Below the pieces are notes generated by a model. That model ran no database searches. It was not told the origin of the DNA and saw only the letters and a list, made by a program, of their open reading frames with translations. Position numbers and translations under genes: made by a program. From assembly GCA_021736975.1 (NCBI GenBank), contig JAIPET010000002.1, forward strand, positions 26,512 through 90,511: a stretch of DNA of 64,000 bases, written 5' to 3'. Below are positions 20,601 to 27,930 of this stretch, piece after piece; positions within the stretch are counted from its first letter, which is position 1; every line of letters starts with the position of its first letter. The DNA is from Candidatus Woesearchaeota archaeon (GTDB taxonomy: Archaea > Nanobdellota > Nanobdellia > Woesearchaeales > 21-14-0-10-32-9).

Positions 20601-21474
20601 TTATATTAATTTCTGCAGTCGTATCTGATGTATTTATTACTTGAAGTATTCCTAAAGATGAAGTTATAGAAAAATTTAATGGGGTGTGCGATTCTTCATC
20701 TGTTCCACTTATACTATATGACCAAACTTGATCTGCATTTATTGAAATATTTCCTGGCACTATATCAAATTCTGCTTGATCATTAAAGGGATTTACAAAT
20801 ATGTCAACAACTAAATTTTGACCTTGTCCGGGAGATCCGTCTTTTGCAAAGAAAACTACTTGTTTAAATTGTTGAGTGTCTGGGTCAGTAAGATCATCAT
20901 TTGTTGGAGTACAATTAAAGCTCCCTGTATTTAAATTAAAAGAAGATAGTATTCCGCAAAATCCATCTGTTGCATCTTGTGAAAATGTAAATGTATCTCC
21001 ATCAACATCTGATGAATTTAAATCAAATACATATATTTGATCTTCTGTTAATGTTAATGTACTGCCCATATCTACATTATTTATAGAATATAGCGTCGGT
21101 GCTTCTGGCAAGGTATTTATTATAGATATACTATCTGATAAATTAATATTATTTGTTAAATTTTCAATTGTTACATTGCAAGTCCATGTTTCAGATTTTT
21201 TTGTATTTTGATATAATAATATTGATGGGGATATAGCGCTTGTTTCTGTTGAAAATAATGTTGATCCATTATACCAATATACTGTTGCATTTGTTGTATC
21301 TCCTGATTGTGTCCAAGAACATGTTAAATTTTCAATTGTCGATGCATCGTTTCCTGAATTAATTAATGGATTTTGTGTAAAGCTTAATGCGTATGTTGTC
21401 GAAATTATTATGATCAATAATACTGTGGAAATTAATAAAATTCTTATTTTTTTTGAATTAGTGTATTTTTTCAT
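17647..21474 (-). CDS. Giant secreted surface protein (1275 aa) with an N-terminal signal peptide, many N-x-S/T sequons, and a C-terminal TM anchor
   Basis: MKKYTNSKKIRILLISTVLLIIIISTTYA signal peptide, T/S/N-rich beta-type repeats, and the C-terminal helix ILLILTIAFYVIAAF followed by a short charged tail. Confidence 0.6.
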   Translation of the reverse strand: MKKYTNSKKIRILLISTVLLIIIISTTYALSFTQNPLINSGNDASTIENLTCSWTQSGDTTNATVYWYNGSTLFSTETSAISPSILLYQNTKKSETWTCNVTIENLTNNINLSDSISIINTLPEAPTLYSINNVDMGSTLTLTEDQIYVFDLNSSDVDGDTFTFSQDATDGFCGILSSFNLNTGSFNCTPTNDDLTDPDTQQFKQVVFFAKDGSPGQGQNLVVDIFVNPFNDQAEFDIVPGNISINADQVWSYSISGTDEESHTPLNFSITSSLGILQVINTSDTTAEINITTGSATNDYVGNWTVILNITDSYGHNTTRQATQYQFTLEILRTNHDPNITSYPELTASANQSELYTNYIYGNDSDEINNLTWNITYPLNASIYCMNNFPWDITTINNSPINSSGLINETITNDHVACRYVKIILQDDEDGITYKLVTLNITNENDPPTINPISENGNISNQIVHRYSIKEYQVNVTDPDSLTYDALNTANLTYSINETSFLTINNETGLITMSPTENSHIGNWSINISVTNGEFLDWALMNISVINNTPPELIINQTEFNFNQNDLIEIEFNVLENNNESINITVTTHTSFNSSYYQISTTYNNYSNNINNQTNLLNMTKNNTYLANKQVGLHNITIVSKDELNSSRENVSTETISIIINNENDAPIFDQDRDNFSDTLNMGVVVQNIEVNKTVYITDYDLYLSSEWANETTNLIIQNSSSGLNLLTVNKINNSNSQYALTFTPTIQGDAWIVLNISDASNTSTVQNVSFTILQASQPPEIQLIKPYQNQSQNITVQFLNITNFPSNRETLSFYENLTLDFDAIITNDTSIPNNNLTYEWYYDGELQLTIENVTPGTNSNFTKEFDFWSNGTHNVSLIATDSRLSSTNFFWSLDITNLNRYPQYFANSLEDIDVNYSSEFVDYMSYRNLVQRFYDPDDDLDADGMRSLEYENESTELTYSLVNPGACSLATFSFSEDTLRVNPIATGICVVQFLATDAEGETELSDEITVTVIGATPNAGQGTGSSSGGSRTNTRVITVPIDVEVETPKPIKIIAPLSVDTYENRTIHIPITIKNTWEEEIRGITINATLALQENVTYSFDRSYYSRIPAGGEETSIISISNYRTDGPFEITIFAAVQEPPFIDSTTILINSLEQTDEGKEITAKVTFARDMLSENPECRELTELLDRAERALNDLNYKESLDLVTGVINGCKFLMNEENIIKRETPGFIEKSFELLDEHADKLVIGSGILLILTIAFYVIAAFKKLITDDSKK

Positions 21475-21593
21475 TTTATTTCTTTTTCTAATTTTTCTAT
21501 GATTAAACTTTTTAGAGTTGAATCTTTTTTTATTGCTTCTAGTTTGAGCTTTTTATGTAAATCATCCTCTATGATTATGTTTATGTTTACCAT
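21471..21593 (-). CDS. Small ribbon-helix-helix (RHH) protein, 40 aa, with a 2-nt ATGA overlap onto the start of the giant surface protein
   Basis: MVNINIIIEDDLHKKLKLEAIKKDSTLKSLIIEKLEKEIK shows the beta-strand plus two-helix pattern of CopG/Arc/ParG-type RHH proteins. Not in the ORF track because it is under 60 aa. Confidence 0.5.
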   Translation of the reverse strand: MVNINIIIEDDLHKKLKLEAIKKDSTLKSLIIEKLEKEIK

Positions 21594-21597
21594 TTTT

Positions 21598-21714
21598 TTA
21601 TTTTTTTAGAACATCTATCACTAAATCTTTTAGAGTTTTATCTTCTGTTAATGCTTTTATTTTGAGCTTTTTGTGTAAATTTTCAGGTATTTCAAAATTT
21701 ATATTTTTTCCCAT
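21598..21714 (-). CDS. Small RHH protein, 38 aa, paralog of the adjacent one
   Basis: MGKNINFEIPENLHKKLKIKALTEDKTLKDLVIDVLKK. The shared motif is DLHKKLK.KA..(E)D.TLK.L(V/I)I(D/E). A 4-nt spacer separates it from the downstream paralog. Confidence 0.5.
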   Translation of the reverse strand: MGKNINFEIPENLHKKLKIKALTEDKTLKDLVIDVLKK

Positions 21715-21860
21715 ATTATTACCACATATTTTTTAATAAGTTATTAAACTTAGTTAAATAAGCTCAATTATGTTACTTATTTAACTTACATACTTATAAA
21801 TTTTTTGATTCCTTTAAAAACAATTACCCTTTCCCCCTGTAAAATAATATTTAACAGTAA

Positions 21861-23804
21861 TTATTTCCATGAAATAACACATTTAATCTCATTATATAAT
21901 CTGTTAATATCTTTGTAAATTAACTCTTTTCTTTCGTCTGAAAGCTCACTATATACTTCTAATGCTTTCAAATATTTTTGTTTTGATTTTTTTGTTTCAA
22001 AATATTGCAATGCTTGAATTGAATTGTGAATAAGTTTAAGTACAATTAAAATATCATCTCCAACTATTGGAAATTCTCTTGTTTCAAAAAAATAATCTTC
22101 TTTTGTTGTTTTTGATGTGAACAGTATTAATAATCTTAATTCTTCTAAAACAGTTAAAAAGTGTAATTTCGATATCTTTGCTTTATTATTTTCTAAAAAA
22201 TATAATTTTTCTAAATAACTTTCAAAAACTAATTGAAGACTTTCTAATAATATCATTTTATTTATTTGTTTATTTATTTCTTTTGGAGTAAACTCAAATG
22301 GAATTCCAAATATTGTTGAAAAATATAATCTTATTTCTTTTATTAAAAGTTGCATAAAACGATTATCTGATTCTAATACTTCATTTTTGTTTTGTAACGA
22401 TAATTTTTTTTCTATTTTTTGAAGATTTTTTAATAGTGTTGTTTTATCTTTATTAGATAATAATATTTGTCTTCTATGTTTTCTTGTTATTAGCCAACCA
22501 ATTTTTGCAATAAATGCCTTTATTTCTTTCTTAAATATCAAATAAAGCATAGCTAATATTAATAGTGAAACCCCTGTAATAATTGCTGCTTTTACTAAAG
22601 GTGAATTTGTTGCTTCTATAGCAGAAGGAACTTGTATTTGTTTACAAACTTCACAAGGACCTCCACAATCTATTCCTGTTTCATTTTGATTTTTTATTCC
22701 ATCAAAACAAGTAGGTATTATTTCTGGACATGCTTCGCATGAACCTCCACAATCTATACCTTCTTCATTTCCATTTTTAAGTCCGTCAAAACAGGAAGGT
22801 TCTAAGAAACATGCAGGGCACGGACCTCCGCAATCTATACTTTGTTCTCCTTGATTTTTTATACCATCAAAACAAGTAGGTATGTATTCACATTCTTCCC
22901 AAAAAACTTTTTTCAAATTGTCTGGGTCACAACCATTTAAATCTACACATTCTCTGGATCTAGTTCCGTTTACAAAACAATTTGTCCATCCTCTACATTC
23001 CCACTCAGGAGTACATGAACTTCCTCCACCTCCGCCTCCTGGCGAAGATTCAAATGAATCCACACATAATCCTTCTATTTGAATCATATTTGAATCCTTT
23101 GTAAGATTTCCACTATCTATCGCCGTAAAATAAATTGTTTCTATACTACAAAATGTTAAAGGAACAGATATTTTAACTTCAGTTGTGTTTGTATTAATAT
23201 TTACACCTATATTTGAATTTCCTGAGACTGTATAATTAAGATATAAATCTTCATAATCTGCAAAGAAATTATCTAAAAAATATACGCTTGCGGTTGATCC
23301 TGCTGATATTCCTGCACCAGGCATATTAGATATAAGATATGGAGGATCATTTATTTCTAATACTTCAAATTCATATTGATATAATAATAATGATGCATTT
23401 CCAGAACATACACTTACATCAGATATTCGCATATTTAATGTATATATTCCTAAAGCTGGCTCTCTTGCTTCAAGGTTCATAAACCCAGTTTCATTTATTG
23501 AAATATTTATTCCCTCCCCATATATTGATGAAAACCAATTCATTTCATCACCTTCCGGGTCTACAATATTTATTTGACATTCTACTGAATTATCTTCTAA
23601 AACTGTTGTTTGATTTATTAATAATGGACAATTTTCAAAAGTTGCATATGGAGGGCTATTTATACACATTCTAAGAATCCCTGTTGCTTGTCCATGAAGT
23701 TCTCCTGGACTTGTAATTTCAGTTGTTGTTTTTATTAGATATATTGCTTGAACTATTGAAACTAAAAATAAAACTAGGACTAATTTCTGTACAACACCCT
23801 TCAT
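21861..23804 (-). CDS. Type I membrane protein: signal peptide, beta-rich ectodomain, poly-Gly hinge, three tandem Cys-rich modules, TM helix, and a ~230-aa cytoplasmic domain
   Basis: Signal MKGVVQKLVLVLFLVSIVQA, then PGGGGGGSS, then three copies of CFDG(I/L)KN..E..IDCGG.C..C, then the TM helix AAIITGVSLLILAMLYLIF. Confidence 0.55.
   Translation of the reverse strand: MKGVVQKLVLVLFLVSIVQAIYLIKTTTEITSPGELHGQATGILRMCINSPPYATFENCPLLINQTTVLEDNSVECQINIVDPEGDEMNWFSSIYGEGINISINETGFMNLEAREPALGIYTLNMRISDVSVCSGNASLLLYQYEFEVLEINDPPYLISNMPGAGISAGSTASVYFLDNFFADYEDLYLNYTVSGNSNIGVNINTNTTEVKISVPLTFCSIETIYFTAIDSGNLTKDSNMIQIEGLCVDSFESSPGGGGGGSSCTPEWECRGWTNCFVNGTRSRECVDLNGCDPDNLKKVFWEECEYIPTCFDGIKNQGEQSIDCGGPCPACFLEPSCFDGLKNGNEEGIDCGGSCEACPEIIPTCFDGIKNQNETGIDCGGPCEVCKQIQVPSAIEATNSPLVKAAIITGVSLLILAMLYLIFKKEIKAFIAKIGWLITRKHRRQILLSNKDKTTLLKNLQKIEKKLSLQNKNEVLESDNRFMQLLIKEIRLYFSTIFGIPFEFTPKEINKQINKMILLESLQLVFESYLEKLYFLENNKAKISKLHFLTVLEELRLLILFTSKTTKEDYFFETREFPIVGDDILIVLKLIHNSIQALQYFETKKSKQKYLKALEVYSELSDERKELIYKDINRLYNEIKCVISWK
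22619..22886 (-). repeat. Intragenic tandem repeat encoding the three ~30-aa Cys-rich modules
   Basis: The protein repeats are TCFDGIKNQGEQSIDCGGPCPAC, SCFDGLKNGNEEGIDCGGSCEAC and TCFDGIKNQNETGIDCGGPCEVC. Confidence 0.5.
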
Positions 23805-23836
23805 TCTATTTTATTATAAAGAATAGTATTTAAAGC

Positions 23837-24490
23837 TTACTGTGAGGAAGCATTCATAAATATGTTTAAAGAATTATTAATAGTTTTATTTAGTGTATTT
23901 TCTGAATTATTCACAATTTTTATTTTTATTTCAGGATTTTTTAATTGTGCTGCTTCTTGGGTTCTTAAAATACTACCTTTTATAAACATTTTTTCTAACC
24001 AATTTAGATCTTTTTTTAGTATTATTATTTTTAAAGTGTCTTCATAGTCTCCATATCCTAAATTGTTATCTTTTCCTATTATTGTTATCGGTAATTGATT
24101 TAGAGGAGATTTTATTGGCATTTTTATATCTGAAAACACCCATTCTTTTCCATAATTTTTTGTTGATGTTATATACACATATTTATTTTCTACGCCGTCA
24201 AGAGTCATTCCTCTTTGAGCTTTTCCATTAAGCATTGTTGTTCCTAAATTTAATTTGTCTTTATCTAAATTTATACCTATTCCATCACCTACAGACATAG
24301 AGATATTTATTTCTTTTATTTCTAAAATTTTATTTTGAAATGAATTATATGTCATTAATAAAATTACAAATATAAGTAAAAAAATAATAGCTAATATTAT
24401 CAATAATAACTTATTTTTTTTAGATTTGTGAGTTACATCAGATTTATTTTTTAGTTTTTGTAGTTTTTGTAGTTTTTTTCTGTTTTTCAC
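23837..24490 (-). CDS. Hypothetical membrane-anchored protein with an N-terminal signal anchor
   Basis: K-rich N-terminus followed by the TM helix LLLIILAIIFLLIFVILLM. The 5' end overlaps the poly-K tail of the upstream gene by 47 nt. Confidence 0.35.
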   Translation of the reverse strand: MKNRKKLQKLQKLKNKSDVTHKSKKNKLLLIILAIIFLLIFVILLMTYNSFQNKILEIKEINISMSVGDGIGINLDKDKLNLGTTMLNGKAQRGMTLDGVENKYVYITSTKNYGKEWVFSDIKMPIKSPLNQLPITIIGKDNNLGYGDYEDTLKIIILKKDLNWLEKMFIKGSILRTQEAAQLKNPEIKIKIVNNSENTLNKTINNSLNIFMNASSQ

Positions 24491-25643
24491 TTTGAATCCT
24501 CTGATTGGCTTTTTTTGATTTCTTTTTTATCAAAATTAGTACAACTAGTATTATGATTATTATTAATACTACTGCAACGATTATTATCGTAAGATTTGAT
24601 TCTTTTTCTTCTATTGGTTTTATTATTTCCATTGGTATTTCAAAGTTTGCTGTATTTTCTCCAAAATACGCAGTTATTTTTACTGGGTAAGTGCCATTTT
24701 CTAATGTTCTTGTGTCAAGAAATTGTTTTACTTTTGCTTTTCCAAATGGTTTTAAATTAAATGAAGATGTTTTTGCAGTTACATTATGAATTTTTATATC
24801 TGCGTACACATTATTATATGCTCCGTTCCAGTTATTTTCAAATTCTAATTCGATTTCATTTAATGTTCCGTAACTAAAATTTTTTGGAGAGTGATTTATT
24901 AAGTTTATATTTTCTTGTCCTATTTGAAATTCGGTTTCTTTTTCTCTAGTAATATCTGAATATTTTACTTCTAATTTTGCTTTATATTTTCCTGCTACGT
25001 ATTGGTTTGTTTCTAATGTTTCTTGAACAGCATATACTTCCTTTGGTGCTAATGTTTTTTGTGGCCATGATTTTTCATATATTTTTTCACCATATTCATT
25101 TTCAATCATTAATTTTGAGTTTACTTTTGTATTTTCTAAACCTTTTGATGTTGCTTTCCAGTTTACTTCTGTGTTTTCTCCTGAATTTACACCTTTTATA
25201 TTAAAATTATTTATTTGTACGTATTCTCCTGTATATGGAAAATCAACTATTAGTCTCATTTTTACTGCGGTTCTTATTGCTAAAAAATCTCCTTCTTCAG
25301 GTAATGCTTCATATATTCCTATATGTGCTTCTTTTAATCCGACAAAGTCTGCATGCGGAGGAATATTTAAACTAAAATTTACTCTTGCAACACCTCTTGC
25401 TGGAAGAAATATTTTTTCATCTGATACAGTAATATATTCTGCTAATTCTCTTGATGGTTCAACTTCTATGTATGAATCTGTAGGGCTATTTGATTTTGCT
25501 AATATTGAAAAATTTTGATTATACCCATTTTCTACATCATAATTTACTTGTATTTTTCCTGGAGATACTCCAATTGCAACTACATTAGATATTATCATCA
25601 AACTTAATAAAATCATAAAAATAACAAGTATTTTCTTATTCAT
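24444..25643 (-). CDS. Secreted surface protein with a signal peptide, C-terminal TM helix and poly-K/T tail
   Basis: Signal MNKKILVIFMILLSLMIISNVVA, then a beta-rich body beginning IGVSPGKIQV, then the C-terminus IIIVAVVLIIIIILVVLILIKKKSKK. Confidence 0.5.
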   Translation of the reverse strand: MNKKILVIFMILLSLMIISNVVAIGVSPGKIQVNYDVENGYNQNFSILAKSNSPTDSYIEVEPSRELAEYITVSDEKIFLPARGVARVNFSLNIPPHADFVGLKEAHIGIYEALPEEGDFLAIRTAVKMRLIVDFPYTGEYVQINNFNIKGVNSGENTEVNWKATSKGLENTKVNSKLMIENEYGEKIYEKSWPQKTLAPKEVYAVQETLETNQYVAGKYKAKLEVKYSDITREKETEFQIGQENINLINHSPKNFSYGTLNEIELEFENNWNGAYNNVYADIKIHNVTAKTSSFNLKPFGKAKVKQFLDTRTLENGTYPVKITAYFGENTANFEIPMEIIKPIEEKESNLTIIIVAVVLIIIIILVVLILIKKKSKKANQRIQSEKQKKTTKTTKTKK

Positions 25644-25717
25644 AAAATTAATAGAATCATAATCATTTATAAATTTTTTTGATAAGAAGAAAAAAAATAA
25701 AAAATAAAAAAATTAGC

Positions 25718-26365
25718 CTATATTTCGTAAGCTGTATATGTTATTGTAACTGTTTCTTGTCCTACCGGTGCGTCGTATGGTAGTGTTATTTGGAAATCTG
25801 TTACAAACGAATTATTTTCTGCATTATTTGTTAAGTTATCACATACAATATATTCTGTTGCTGCTGTACTAAATAATGAGTACGAGTCTGCTCCTGTATA
25901 TATTGAATCACATCCTCCAGAAAATGCTCCTCTTCCTTCGCTTGTTATTTTATAGTAAAGTTCTGATTCAGCTGAACTGCTTGCTAAGAATGTTCCGCCT
26001 TGAGTATTTCCTACTTTGTTTGCTTGTATTGTTACGTTTGCAGGTACATTTCCATCATTTCTTACTGAAATATTATTTGCATTAAATGATGCGCATCTTG
26101 TAGGTGTATTACCCGTATCATCCGTATTTATTGTTGCATTTACTCCGTTTGCAGTTGTACATTCTCCAAAATCTATTCCGTTTGCGTCTTCTGTTGTTAT
26201 TGATAATGATGAATTAACTGTTAAATTTACTTGTCCTGTGGGTGCTGGAACATACCCTGTTGTTGTAACTGAATCTAATTTGTTTAAACTAACTATTGTG
26301 CCTCCTAGTGAAACAACGATTGCCGCTAGCAAAAACATTGCCAATGCTCTATTTGATATATCCAT
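25718..26365 (-). CDS. Secreted or anchored protein with a possible class III (prepilin-like) signal peptide
   Basis: N-terminus MDISNRA|LAMFLLAAIVVSLGGTIV: a short charged segment ending R-A, then a ~20-residue hydrophobic helix, then a T/N/G-rich body. Confidence 0.35.
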   Translation of the reverse strand: MDISNRALAMFLLAAIVVSLGGTIVSLNKLDSVTTTGYVPAPTGQVNLTVNSSLSITTEDANGIDFGECTTANGVNATINTDDTGNTPTRCASFNANNISVRNDGNVPANVTIQANKVGNTQGGTFLASSSAESELYYKITSEGRGAFSGGCDSIYTGADSYSLFSTAATEYIVCDNLTNNAENNSFVTDFQITLPYDAPVGQETVTITYTAYEI

Positions 26366-26382
26366 TTTTTTCTTTCCTCCAT

Positions 26383-26622
26383 TTAATTTGTTACTTTTAA
26401 ATTTATTTGTGCTGAACTTGTATCTATTTGTGGTTCAGCATGACCAATATATAATTTTATTTGGCCTGTAGTACTGCTTTCTTGAGATAATGATTCTCCT
26501 TGTGGGGCTTTGATTGTTGCTTTTCCTGCTTCTTGCAGAACTGTAAATGTGCCCAACACAGATACCAATATTACTAAGAATACGAGGACTACGACTGTTT
26601 GTTTTGAAACATCTTTTTCCAT
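26383..26622 (-). CDS. Small membrane-anchored protein (79 aa) with an N-terminal hydrophobic helix
   Basis: MEKDVSKQTVVVLVFLVILVSVLGTFTV followed by a polar tail. It lies adjacent to the pilin-like candidate. Confidence 0.3.
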   Translation of the reverse strand: MEKDVSKQTVVVLVFLVILVSVLGTFTVLQEAGKATIKAPQGESLSQESSTTGQIKLYIGHAEPQIDTSSAQINLKVTN

Positions 26623-26736
26623 ATTTATTATCCTCCAAAAGGTTATTTGTATCTATTCTTTAATTTGTTCTTTATAAACTTTTTTATTTTTCAACGGTTT
26701 ATTCTTTATTTTTTAGTGATGATTTTATTTTTTTAA

Positions 26737-27930
26737 TTATTTTTTCTTATGTTTATTTAAATTTTTTAACAAAATAAATATTAAAATTAAAATAAATATC
26801 ACCATAATTATTACAAAAAGGTATACTTCTAGACTTGTTTTTTCTGAATATTTTTGTTCAGTTAATTTTTTATCTTTTGAAATTACTTCAAATGAATTTT
26901 CGTTTATATTTATTTCATACGTATTAGTTGTTTTTCTTCCTTCAAAATATAAATCAACAATCATTTGATATGTTCCTATTTCTTGATTTTTTGTATCCCA
27001 ATATATTGGAAATGTTTTTTTAGAAAATGCTTCTATTGTTTCTGAAGATGTATTAATATTTGCAATCGTTTTTGAATTTTTTCTAAAGAATATTTCTGCG
27101 TGTGCATTTTTTATTGGTTGGCTCCATTGATTTACTATTATTAGATCTAATTGTGCTACATCTCCTAATTTATAATTATATGTTTTAATAAAATCTATTA
27201 TTAATTCAGGACTACCTATGTTGAATTTTTTTGTTATATTTTTAATTTTATTATCATAAATAATAGTTGCTTTTGCAATATATATTCCGTTTTCTAAATT
27301 TGGAGTCCATGGAAAATTAAATATTTTTGTTTCTCCTTTTTTTATTATTTTTTCTGATTTTGATTTTTCTTCCAGTTTATTATTTGATATATCAAATATT
27401 TCTATTGTTGATTTTGTTTCTGTTACTTCTTTTAATCCTACATTTGTAGCTTCTAAAACAAAATTTCCTTGATTGTTTTTTATAAAATTTGATGTAAAAA
27501 ATTCAATTTTTAATTCTCCTGTTTCATATGGTTTTATAAGTATTAAATCCATTAAAACACCGATATTAGTACTTATTTGTGAGTTTAAATTTGTTTTTTG
27601 ATTTGCACTTATTGTTATTTTATTTTCTCCAAAATCTAAATTTTGAATTGATGGCATATTTATGTTTACAGTTATTTCTTCAAAGTCTTTATCTGGAGAA
27701 AATTGAATTGTTTTTTTACTAAAAGAAACGAATTCAGAATATTTTCCTTCTGCATTTAGTTGTACTAAAAATTCTTTTTGTTCATTATTTATGATTTTTA
27801 ATGGAAATGAATATGAATTTTTATCTATTAAAATTTCTTTTTGAGCGGGAACTATCCCTATAGCTAATATGTTTGTTGAAATTATAATTAGCATAATTGT
27901 GAAAAGCAAGATTAATATTTTTTTATTCAT
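26737..27930 (-). CDS. Secreted surface protein with a signal peptide, C-terminal TM helix and basic tail
   Basis: Start taken at MNKKILILLF; the ATGA overlaps the upstream stop. The body begins IGIVPAQKEI. The C-terminus is VYLFVIIMVIFILILIFILLKNLNKHKKK. Confidence 0.5.
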   Translation of the reverse strand: MNKKILILLFTIMLIIISTNILAIGIVPAQKEILIDKNSYSFPLKIINNEQKEFLVQLNAEGKYSEFVSFSKKTIQFSPDKDFEEITVNINMPSIQNLDFGENKITISANQKTNLNSQISTNIGVLMDLILIKPYETGELKIEFFTSNFIKNNQGNFVLEATNVGLKEVTETKSTIEIFDISNNKLEEKSKSEKIIKKGETKIFNFPWTPNLENGIYIAKATIIYDNKIKNITKKFNIGSPELIIDFIKTYNYKLGDVAQLDLIIVNQWSQPIKNAHAEIFFRKNSKTIANINTSSETIEAFSKKTFPIYWDTKNQEIGTYQMIVDLYFEGRKTTNTYEININENSFEVISKDKKLTEQKYSEKTSLEVYLFVIIMVIFILILIFILLKNLNKHKKK

